Assembly: GCA_029907135.1 (NCBI GenBank)
Contig: JARYMJ010000007.1
Coordinates: 1 to 61,676 of the forward strand
DNA from: Candidatus Saccharicenans sp.
Lineage (GTDB): Bacteria; Acidobacteriota; Aminicenantia; Aminicenantales; Saccharicenantaceae
Reading direction: 5' to 3'
DNA length: 61,676 bases
Numbering within the stretch: position 1 is the first letter of the stretch; every line of letters starts with the position of its first letter. Below, piece after piece: positions 48,583-57,328 of this stretch. The notes beneath the pieces are model-generated. The model saw only the letters and a program-made list of their open reading frames with translations. It had not been told where the DNA came from and did not search any database. The translations under genes and the position numbers were made by a program.

Positions 48583-49530
48583 TCAATCTTCTATGTCCAT
48601 GTACTCGATAATATCCTCAAAACCGGCAATGGTCTTATGCCCGACCATGCCGATCTGCAGGAACTCATTGGTCAGCGGGTTGAGGCGAAATTCCTTGAGC
48701 AGCTTGAAGTTTTCTATCTGCCCCGACCGGTCAACATGAGTTCTGGGGCCGGTGCAATATATCCTGATATCGCCCACCTGGATGGTGTCTTCCCCGGCCG
48801 GGCTGATGGGCACGTCGGCCCTGATGATTTCCAGCACCTTGTTTTCCAGTTCTTCCAGGTTAATGTTGGGTCGTTCCGGAAAGTTGATAACGAAGCCGTG
48901 TCTGATATCAGAGTGAATCAACGGGGAGCGGGCCTGGTAATTGTAATCTCTTTCCAGAAAGGCAGTGGTGATGTCTTCGGCCGAATGGGCCATCAGTCGG
49001 TATTTTATGGTCCGGTCGACGATGGTTTTGATATTCTGGGGAAAGGGCCCGAAGACTGTCGGCCTGGCCACGATTATTTCCTCGCCGATGCCAACGAGCA
49101 CCTGGGCATTGCAGCCCAGGATGTCGTAAATCAGGTCAAAATGTTCGACCACCACCCGCCGCTTGTGCTCTATCGCCCGCCGGATGGCTTCCTTGATCTT
49201 GTATTTCTGGGTGAAGGCCAGCTCGTGGCGGACATCGAGGTGGAAGGTATGTCCGGAAAAGTAGTCATCGGGAGAAAAAGAATAGATAGGTGCCTTTCTT
49301 ATGTTGATTCCCTCGTCCTCGTTGGTCAGCTCCAGTCCGGGAAAAAGGCCCTTGATCAGCGTCGACTTGCCCGAGCCCTCCTCGCCGATGATGCCGATCA
49401 GGTGGTCGGTCGGCATCAGGTAGCGACGGGCGATTTCGCTGGCCACCAGGTAAAGGCGGTAACGGCCACGCGGGGCGTAATACACCGCATAGATCAGCGT
49501 ATCAATCCGTGAAAGTTGTCTCGGGTCCAT
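48583..49530 (-). CDS. P-loop domain fused to an AlaRS/ThrRS second-additional (AlaX-like) domain
   Basis: Walker A GEEGSGKS; C-terminal MAHSAEDI...CTGPRTHV..SGQI resembling the editing-domain HxxxH/CxGxH. Confidence 0.7.
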   Translation of the reverse strand: MDPRQLSRIDTLIYAVYYAPRGRYRLYLVASEIARRYLMPTDHLIGIIGEEGSGKSTLIKGLFPGLELTNEDEGINIRKAPIYSFSPDDYFSGHTFHLDVRHELAFTQKYKIKEAIRRAIEHKRRVVVEHFDLIYDILGCNAQVLVGIGEEIIVARPTVFGPFPQNIKTIVDRTIKYRLMAHSAEDITTAFLERDYNYQARSPLIHSDIRHGFVINFPERPNINLEELENKVLEIIRADVPISPAGEDTIQVGDIRIYCTGPRTHVDRSGQIENFKLLKEFRLNPLTNEFLQIGMVGHKTIAGFEDIIEYMDIED

Positions 49531-49547
49531 TCTTTGCCCCCGGCTCC

Positions 49548-49889
49548 TTAATAATTCAGGTCAAACAGTGGAACATGCTGTTGGGCACCGTAGATGTCGG
49601 TATCGCCCGGTGCGCCCGACGGAATCTTTCGTTTCAGGGTGACCTTGATGGCCTGGCTCGGTTCAAAATAGACAATCTTGAGAACGTCGGCTTCCGGAAT
49701 CCGGTACAACCTGGCGATTTTCCTGGCGGTAATTATCTTTTTCTCCCTGAACAGCTCGAAGTGGCGCCTGTCCTTGAACATGATATCAAGAGTCAGCTCA
49801 AAAGGTCCAGAGTTCTTGGACCGGATAACCCGGGCTACCTCAAGTAGACTTCTTTTTTTCTTCCTGGTTTTTCTGGTTGTGGCTGTCAT
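49548..49889 (-). CDS. DUF4387 family protein
   Basis: IRSKNSGPFELTLDI and GDTDIYGAQQH. Confidence 0.85.
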   Translation of the reverse strand: MTATTRKTRKKKRSLLEVARVIRSKNSGPFELTLDIMFKDRRHFELFREKKIITARKIARLYRIPEADVLKIVYFEPSQAIKVTLKRKIPSGAPGDTDIYGAQQHVPLFDLNY

Positions 49890-49899
49890 TTGTTCCCCC

Positions 49900-51279
49900 T
49901 TAGATATTTTCCGTTTCAGTCCGGAAAAAGCCCGGGTCTTCCACCTTCATCAGATGATAGATGGAAAACTCATACACCCGACCCATGGACACATCCGATG
50001 GAGAAAAGGGAAAGGCCAGGTTGCCAGCTGTGGCCAGGCGACCTTCGTAGCCATAGTGCAGCAGGGCCGACCTGGTAACTGCCAGTAGAGCGTCGGCTTC
50101 TTCCTGGCTGCGCCCAATGGTCTCGATGACTATACCCAGCTCGTGGGCGTGGGTCTTCCTGACCGGTTCCAGCTCGCCCATAACTCCGTTCTGGCCGTAG
50201 ACGTGGAAGAAAATCCGACCCTCTTCCGGCTTGATTTTCATAATTTCCCGGGCCCGGGTTTCAACTGCTTTAAGGATTGAATCAATTTTTGCAATCATGA
50301 TCGGGTCGCGCACCCCGGCCACGCTGATCGAACGGCAGCCTGTCAGCCGGACTCCCTCCAGCTTAACCCAGTAATCTTCCGTGGGCACAAACCGGCTGCC
50401 CCTGACCCGAACCCGTCCCCGCCCGATATCCTCGAATGAGCAGGACCGGAGGTTGATTACACCCCCCGGACCCGGCAACTCGTAGGGGTCTGATTTTTCG
50501 TATAGCGCATGGGCTGCGGCCGATTGCGGCGTGAACTTTCTTTCGGGCGACAGCGCTTCCAGGATGAAGGAATCCTCCTCCAGTATTCCCAGGGCACAGT
50601 CCGAACCCGAGCCTGGGGTGGCGGCAATGGCCGCGCACTCCAGTATCTTTCCGAGATGAAGGGCCAGCCCCGGGTCGTAGCCCAGGGAAATCGGCAAGGC
50701 GGCGAAGACCGCAGGGTCATAGGACCGGCCGGCCACCACCACCTGGCAGCCTTCCTGGAGAAGCTTGATGAAAGGTTCCACGCCCATCTGGGCCACGATG
50801 TTTTGGCTCTGGTCGACCACTTCGGGAGTTAGTTCGGGCACAAAAGCCAGCGGGCGGATCCTATTTTCTTTCAGGGCCTTTTTGACCGTGTCTTTATCCA
50901 CGTCACCGTAAGCCAGGCCCAGCTTGAAATGGAGTTTTTCTTCCCGGGCAATTTCCCGGACAATTTCCAGACACCACTGGAGATGAGGCCTGGCCCCTGA
51001 TCCCCCGGCCGTACCGATGACCACCGGAATGTGGTTCTCCACTCCGGCTTTTATCATCAAGCGCAGGTCACGCTTGACGGCCGTTCTGTTGGTAAAGGAC
51101 TTGCCGGCACCGAGGTAATAGGGCCCGGGGTCGGTGGAGCCGGCATCGGCCGCAATCAAGTCCGGCTTCCGGCTCAGCCCCTTCCGGAAGGAACTTTCGG
51201 GAAAGCCGTATCCCAGGATGGCTGTGGTTGAGAGAATCTTAAAAGGCAGAAGCTTTGGTCTGGTTCTGGTCTTGGTCAT
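49900..51279 (-). CDS. AtuA-family (DUF1446-like) protein
   Basis: LGYGFP, DAGSTDPGPYYLG, VAQMG, GRSYDP, GKILEC, TAGNLAFPFSP. Confidence 0.85.
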   Translation of the reverse strand: MTKTRTRPKLLPFKILSTTAILGYGFPESSFRKGLSRKPDLIAADAGSTDPGPYYLGAGKSFTNRTAVKRDLRLMIKAGVENHIPVVIGTAGGSGARPHLQWCLEIVREIAREEKLHFKLGLAYGDVDKDTVKKALKENRIRPLAFVPELTPEVVDQSQNIVAQMGVEPFIKLLQEGCQVVVAGRSYDPAVFAALPISLGYDPGLALHLGKILECAAIAATPGSGSDCALGILEEDSFILEALSPERKFTPQSAAAHALYEKSDPYELPGPGGVINLRSCSFEDIGRGRVRVRGSRFVPTEDYWVKLEGVRLTGCRSISVAGVRDPIMIAKIDSILKAVETRAREIMKIKPEEGRIFFHVYGQNGVMGELEPVRKTHAHELGIVIETIGRSQEEADALLAVTRSALLHYGYEGRLATAGNLAFPFSPSDVSMGRVYEFSIYHLMKVEDPGFFRTETENI

Positions 51280-52532
51280 TCAGGTTTTCTCCCCATATTT
51301 CATCTTGAGAACCTGGATAATTCTTTCCATCTCATTATTCACAATCATGAAGCCCTCGTCAAAGCCCAGGCCCGGCTTGGCCAGCATCCGGTCGGGCCTG
51401 GTGGCCATGGCCACCTGGACACAGGCCAGGGCCGAGATGTCCGTTTCGTTGCAGGTCCCGCCCTGGTAGGCCTCGATGCCGTGGCTCTTGCAGTAGAGAT
51501 TGCTCTCGGCCACGTTCTGGATGCCGCCCAGGTCGGGGGTTTTGATCTGGATCATGTGGCAGGCCCGGGCGTCGGTGAACTCGCGGATGTCCTCCAGGGT
51601 GTTGCAGTGCTCGTCGGCCACGATTTTGACTCTCGAGCCCAGGGCTTCCAGTTTCCGGGTGATTCTGGCCAGGCCGTCCAGCTGCCGGTATTTTTCTTCG
51701 AGGTCCACCGGTGCCTCAAGGTAAAGAATGAAGTCCCCGGCCTCTTTTTCCAGGGATGCTATGTAATCGGTAACCTTATCCAGATTGCCCTCAAAAATCA
51801 GGCCAATGGTGCCGTAAACGTCAATATGCAGGTCGGGGCGGTAATCTTCCCGGGGGCGGAGCTTTACTATCCTGTCCGCCAGCCAGCTGATGTATTCCCT
51901 TAACTTTTCCCCGGTCCGGCCCAGCTTGTCCTCAACGTTATTGATCAGGGCATGGGGAAGGGCGTCAACCTGCTTCAGGATCATCTCATCGGCGTTGGTG
52001 TAGCGGTCATCTCCCGACTGACCGAAAATTTTAACCCTTTCCGGAATAACCGGCAGACGGTATTCTTCCGCGATGATTTCGCATTTCAATTTCTTTTCAG
52101 CTTTAGCCCGGGCGTCCAGCAAGGCCTGGGACAGGCCGTACCTGATAGTTGTGGGGAGCCTCTGGCCTTCAAACTTCAGCTTTTCGAACCGGTCGGCCAT
52201 CTTCCGGAAAGGCTCGATCTCCATGCCTTCCAGTAACGGCCGCAGGTTCTTTTCCATGAACTGCAGGTAATTCTCGGCCAGAAAGAGCGGGTCGCGGCCG
52301 CCCACGCCCGAATACTGGACGGCGGCACAGTCGCCGACGGCCAGCTGGCTGTCTTCGAGTTCCAGGATGATGGACAGGCACTCGCCGGCCATCCGGATGC
52401 TCTGGAACCCTCTGGTCACCGGTTTTCCTTCGTAGACAAAGCCGTCGGCCCTGGCTCCCTTCTTGATGGCCCTCTGGTCGTCAAAAAAGAAAGCCGACTT
52501 ACCCGGAACGAACAGAACTTTTTTATTCTCAC
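51280..52532 (-). pseudogene. mal: Methylaspartate ammonia-lyase, frameshifted near the start
   Basis: GDCAAVQYSG, QSGDDRY, LPHALINNV, HIDVYG, QIKTPDLGG, GGTCNET. The conserved N-terminus VLFVPGKSAFFFDDQRAIKKGA is out of frame with the coupled GTG at 52532 because of an A6 run (52519-52524). Confidence 0.88.
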
Positions 52533-53977
52533 TTCGGCCTCCCGACTAATTTGCCTTTGCTGATGGCGTAGATGTCATCCGTTACCATTTCGAAGGAGAT
52601 GGCCCGACCCTCGGCCCGGGCTCTTTCCTGGAGTCGTTGGCGGTGGAAGGCCATTGTCTCCTCGGGCAGCGGTAGGTTGCCCTTGTTGAATATCCTGATA
52701 AAACCCTCGTTGTCCCGCATCGGGATGATTTTCCCGTGGTTGTAGATGGACGGGGCAAAGGGCACATCCAGCAGGCCAGCTTCAAAGGCGGCGACTGTCC
52801 CGGCTGCCACCTCGCCCTGACCTATTTCATAAACTTTATTCAACAGGCTGCGGACCTCGGCCTCGATCAGCTTAACTTCGGACTGCACGTCTTCTGGCTT
52901 GAAGATGACCTGATCTTCCACCATGTTGATGGCCTGGCGGGTAGCCCGCAGGCCCTGGGCGTTAGCTTCCTTGGTGGGAATGCCCATGGCCTCGTGGGGC
53001 GACTTGACGATGACCTTTTCGGCTCCGGCTAACCTGGCCACGATGGCTCCCAGGGCAATCACCGAAAAGGCCTTGGCCTCATCCTCCGGGAAGCCGCCCA
53101 TCCATTGGGGGAAGACCGTGGTCAGTTCGAAATCATCGAAGCCTTCCTGGCGCAAATATTCTTCGGCCAGCCCCCTCAGGGCAGTAATGGCGGCCACATC
53201 CTGGATGATGTTGCCGCCCTGCCCGTAGCCTAAAGTTATCGACCGGACACCCTGCTTGGCGGCTAATAATCCTTCTATGATTCCGATGGCGAGAGAAATG
53301 CATGGTGGCACCAGAGTGCCGGTCAGCGGTCCGAATGGCTCGCGATTTATCCTGATACCATTTTCTTCGTAAAGTCCAACCAGGCGGTCGACGTATTGCC
53401 AGTCCCGGAGCGATTTTTCCACCGGGACCCGCTTGGCGTAAGGAATGTTGTAAGAAATACCGCCACCCTCAAAGCTGGTAAAACCGGCGGCCAGAGTAAT
53501 CTCGGCCAGAAGCCGGGCGTCGGGGGTTCCGTGGCGGACCTGCAGCGGCCGGTTGACGCTCTCCACCACCCGGCGGCAGCCCTCCACTCCGTGGTTGACC
53601 GCAGGAAAGCCGTTGAGAAGGGAAGTGCCCGCCTGTTTTGATTTCTCGATGCCCCTTTCAGCTTCTTCGTAGCGGTTCTGCCGGGTGTAGGCATCGATGG
53701 TGGTCGGCAGCAGGTCGGCCTGGCCCTCGGTTTCCAGGTAGCGGAGTAGCTTGATATGGTCCTCGATCAGGGCCACACCGGCCCGGGGCTGCAGCAATGT
53801 TTTCCGTTTTTCCCGGGCCTTTTTCATGGCCCAGGCAAACCTTCTTTCCTCGGGGATGGTCCGGTGCAGCCCGATGCCCTCTTCGATGGAAACGTTTTGG
53901 CCGGTGGGCCAGGTCTGCAGGACTTCCTTTCTTATTTCATAGAATTCCTTGAGGTCCAGTTTTTCGTTTTTGATCAT
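52529..53977 (-). CDS. glmE: Glutamate (methylaspartate) mutase epsilon subunit
   Basis: QPRAGV, LPTTIDAYTRQNRY, LNGFPAVNHG, QVRHGTPDARLL, EGGGISYNIPYAK, INREPFGPLTGTL. Confidence 0.95.
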   Translation of the reverse strand: MIKNEKLDLKEFYEIRKEVLQTWPTGQNVSIEEGIGLHRTIPEERRFAWAMKKAREKRKTLLQPRAGVALIEDHIKLLRYLETEGQADLLPTTIDAYTRQNRYEEAERGIEKSKQAGTSLLNGFPAVNHGVEGCRRVVESVNRPLQVRHGTPDARLLAEITLAAGFTSFEGGGISYNIPYAKRVPVEKSLRDWQYVDRLVGLYEENGIRINREPFGPLTGTLVPPCISLAIGIIEGLLAAKQGVRSITLGYGQGGNIIQDVAAITALRGLAEEYLRQEGFDDFELTTVFPQWMGGFPEDEAKAFSVIALGAIVARLAGAEKVIVKSPHEAMGIPTKEANAQGLRATRQAINMVEDQVIFKPEDVQSEVKLIEAEVRSLLNKVYEIGQGEVAAGTVAAFEAGLLDVPFAPSIYNHGKIIPMRDNEGFIRIFNKGNLPLPEETMAFHRQRLQERARAEGRAISFEMVTDDIYAISKGKLVGRPK

Positions 53978-53981
53978 GACT

Positions 53982-55394
53982 TCAATCCTCGTCTTTTAAG
54001 TTTTCAAGTAAGGCCACAGCCAGGGCCGTAGCTTCTTTGGGATATTTTCCAACCAGATTGCCCAGCAAGGAGAAAAGATACTGCCGGTCGGCATAGAAGA
54101 GGGGTTTCTCCGGCAGGAGTTTTCGCTCCTGGCCATAAGTTCTGAGCTTTTGCAAGGGCCGGCGCATTGTCTCAGCCGAGCCGGACGCCGCCAGGAAACC
54201 GCCGCTGCCGACGATGGCCTTAACCCGCCTCAGGTCTTTTCCGGTTTGGACGTAAACCCGGCCCTGGGGAGTGTAGGTTTCTCTCCAGCCGCCGCTGTGG
54301 CGGAGGGCGGCGTAGTAAACGCAAGTTTCAGCCAGCAGGCGGTCAAATAACGTCTCCTCTTCAGATTGAGGCAGGTAATCCAGGTCCAGGGCGATTTTGT
54401 CCAGGTGTTTTCTCAGCCGCTCGACTTCCAGGCCAAGTCCCTTAAGACGTTCTTCAAGGTAAGCCCAGCCGCTATCGGCGAGCGAATGGGCCGAAACCCT
54501 CAGCCCCAGGTCACCCTCCACTGTCCTTTTTACTTTCGGTTCGCGGATACCCTTGAGAATGACGGTATCGGTTTCCAGGTAAGATTCGGTGTTGGAGTAA
54601 AAATCGGTGTTGGCCCCACCGATGTCGATGGCGGCCAGGTCCGACCAGTCGGTTTGATATTGGGGGATGGCGGAGATTAATTCAAACACGGCCAGGGGAG
54701 TAGGCTGGGGAGGGGTTCCGAACAGGTCTACTATTTCCGACAGGCCGCGGCCGCTGACAATCCTTTTCAGAAATAGGTCCCGGATTTTTTCCCGGGCTGG
54801 TTCCAGATTGACCTGTCCCACTTCGGGCATCAGGTTTTCGGTCACGATGACTTCCTTGGCCGGCATGAGGTCAACGACTTCTTCGGCCGCTGCTCTGTTG
54901 CCGGCATAGATCACAGGGCAGGAGAGAGAGGAAGCGGCCAGCTTGCGGGCGTTTTCCAGGACATAACGGCTGTTGCCGCCGTCGGTGCCACCGCTGAAAA
55001 GTAGAATGTCGGGCTGGATGTTTTCCAGGTAGCCGATATCACTCCGGGTCAGGCTGAAAGAATAGCTGGCGATGACCTTTCCGCCGGCTGACATGGCCGC
55101 CAGCTTGGCCAGTTGCAGGGTCAGGTCGGGCACCAGCCCGATGGCCGCAATCCGCAACCCGCCCTTGGCTGAAGAAGAAAAGTAAATTTCGGCTTAGCCG
55201 ACCATCTCTCTTAGCGTAGTGTCTCTATCTTTTTGTAGCAGACCAACCAGGGCCTGGCGGAAGCCCCGCACCAGGTTATCCTGGGTGGTGGGAACAGAGA
55301 TTCGCTTTTCGAGCTTCAGGCCCGACGGGCTAAGTGTAAACAGGACACCCTTAGTCCAGGTGGAACCGAGGTCGAGGCTGATTATTTTCTTCAT
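53982..55394 (-). pseudogene. glmL: Glutamate mutase reactivase GlmL/MutL interrupted by an in-frame TAA
   Basis: DLGSTWTK N-terminus (55394-55197), TAA at 55194-55196, then the same frame continues AEIYFSSSAKGGLRIAAIGLVP..GGTDGGN..KRTVEGDLG. Confidence 0.9.
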
Positions 55395-55403
55395 GGTAGT
55401 GAT

Positions 55404-55972
55404 TCACCCGACCGGGGAACCTTTGGTTTCGGCGGCCTTTCCGTGGGCCTCCGGTTCAGGTTTCGTCGGCTCTCCGGTCTGGCCGTTACCATGAGGGTCA
55501 TTTGAGTCAAAACTAAATCTTTCCTTTATGTCCCGTCTTAAGAGTTCGGCGGCCTTTTTCAGGTCGACGTCTGGGGGAAGACCCGGTCGAAACCCATTTT
55601 CTTGAATTTTTCTTCCACTATCTCAAATGGGGTTTTGCCCACTACCAGGTTGCCGCCGACATAAAGAAGGATCCGGTCCAGGACCTTTTCCAGGCACAGG
55701 TCTCTGAAGCCCTGGCAGTCAATATCACCATGGCCGTAGAGCGAGGAGACAAAAATGGCTTTGGCGTTGGTTTCTATGGCCGCGTTGATGAATTCCTGCT
55801 GGGAGACCATGACTCCCAGGTTGAGCACCTTAAAGCCTTCGGCCGTAAAGAATAATTCCAGAATCTTGTTGCCCACCGAGTGACAATCGGCTCCGATCAC
55901 TCCGAGGATGATGGTGTCCTGGTCCATGTTCCTAAACTCCAGTTTCTGGTTGCTCCTGTTTTCCTGGTTCAT
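55404..55972 (-). pseudogene. glmS: Glutamate mutase sigma (B12-binding) subunit with C-terminal frameshift
   Basis: [39 protein letters not shown]. The C-terminal helix ([20 protein letters not shown]) is in the -1 frame after a C5 run (55573-55577) and ends at TGA 55404. Start is 55972 or 55927. Symbol refers to glutamate mutase S (mutS/mamA), not glucosamine synthase. Confidence 0.88.
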
Positions 55973-56014
55973 TTTGCCTGCCGGTCCTTTGGGTTGGGGC
56001 TGATTTCTTCCTGA

Positions 56015-57007
56015 TCAGGGATTAAGCAGCTGGCTGATTTTTTCTTCGACGTAGAGCAGAGAACCCCGTTCAATCTGGTAATCAAAGGTGATGACTTTTC
56101 CGCCCCGTCCAGTGAATTCCTGGACCGCAGCCATGTTTTCTTTCTGGCGCTGCAGCTGGTATCCGGGTGGGATGAAGACCACATCTACACTGGACAGAAA
56201 TTCGGGCAATTGGCTTTCGTCCTTTAAGAAGAGATAGGGGACGGGGCCGGCGACCAGGCCCAGGCTCTTCAATCTGGCCACTACCCGGTTCAGGAAATTC
56301 TGGCTCTCGCAGACCACACCCAGTCTCTGGACCGGGCTGAGGCTGGCCATCTCGATGATGGTTTCCTGGCTGGGGGAGACAGCCACCTGCAGGAGCTTGT
56401 CCTTGAGGCCAGATAATTTCCCCAGAAGCTCGCTGTAATGGGTACTGGTGGTGAGAATCAGGTCGAACGGTTTAAGCCTTTTCTCGGCTTCGGGGTCGGC
56501 CATGATTTCGTCGAGCAGAAAACGAGCCACCCGGACGTGCTTCAAAAAGGTCAGTTGCCTTTCGAAAATGGCCAGGCTTTCCGGGTTGCAGTCGATCATG
56601 GCCACATTGAAATCCTCCAGCTTTTCCTCGCGCTGGAATATGGCCAGGTCAACGAAGGTCTTGATTTCCTGGTAGGAAAAATTCAACTTCTGGAGCTCGT
56701 CCAGGAGGTTATCGATCATTTTCAATGCTTTTTCTTTGCGGCCGGTGGGAATGACGTCCTGCCGGGCAGAAATAAAGGTCCCCCGACCCTGGGTGGTTTC
56801 GATAAGGCCGTCGGCGGCCAGCAGCTCGTAGGCCTTTTTCACGGTGCCGCGGGCAATTTTAAGCTGTGCGGCCAGCTCTCTCTCGGTTGGCAGCTTGTCG
56901 CCAGGCTTAAGCTGGCTGTCGTGGATAAGAGTGGTTATTTGTTTGATGATCTGGCGGTAAGTCGGGACCGGGCTATTTTTGTCAATTGCGATATTGATTT
57001 TCTTGAT
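56015..57007 (-). CDS. GntR-family regulator with long C-terminal domain; canonical start codon missing
   Basis: Frame is open upstream of 56842 and encodes the wHTH IDKNSPVPTYRQIIKQI..LKPGDKLPTERELAAQLKIARGTVKKAY..GRGTFI, but has only ATC/ATT/ATA codons before the TAA at 57026-57028. Confidence 0.85.
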   Translation of the reverse strand: MKKINIAIDKNSPVPTYRQIIKQITTLIHDSQLKPGDKLPTERELAAQLKIARGTVKKAYELLAADGLIETTQGRGTFISARQDVIPTGRKEKALKMIDNLLDELQKLNFSYQEIKTFVDLAIFQREEKLEDFNVAMIDCNPESLAIFERQLTFLKHVRVARFLLDEIMADPEAEKRLKPFDLILTTSTHYSELLGKLSGLKDKLLQVAVSPSQETIIEMASLSPVQRLGVVCESQNFLNRVVARLKSLGLVAGPVPYLFLKDESQLPEFLSSVDVVFIPPGYQLQRQKENMAAVQEFTGRGGKVITFDYQIERGSLLYVEEKISQLLNP

Positions 57008-57016
57008 AATCCTCTC

Positions 57017-57064
57017 TATACCAATTTAATTTATAGTGAACCTTAATATACCAAAATATACCAA
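57017..57064 (-). promoter_or_regulatory. Probable GntR operator/promoter (3x TTGGTATA)
   Basis: TATACCAA at 57017-57024, 57047-57054 and 57057-57064; TGGTATATT also forms an extended -10. Confidence 0.6.
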
Positions 57065-57076
57065 TTGTAAAGAGGG

Positions 57077-57158
57077 TAAAGAGGGGACACCTGCAGGTGT
57101 CCCCTCTTTAAGTGCTGCCTCTCGGGGAAAAATCCGGGGACACCTGCAGGTGTCCCCT
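57077..57158. repeat. Palindromic REP-like doublet, copy 2
   Basis: Perfect 34-bp palindrome 57077-57110, the same spacer as copy 1, perfect 22-bp palindrome 57136-57157. Confidence 0.9.
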
Positions 57159-57328
57159 TTTGCCGTTAGCTTGGAAATTATGTCTTAGCTTGGAAGAACT
57201 TTCGGCTTGACAGTTAATTTTTTTTGTTTTATTAAAATAAAATAAGAAGAAAAAGAAATCTAATTTTTAGCTTTTGTTTTATAAGTCCGGCCTTTATCAA
57301 ATTTAATAAGTTTTTGAGGAGGGGAAAA

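Noticed and set aside
55194-55196. Stop-codon recoding (Sec/Pyl or alternative code) in glmL
   Set aside because: The codon is TAA, which terminates many other genes here, and neighbouring lesions point to decay.
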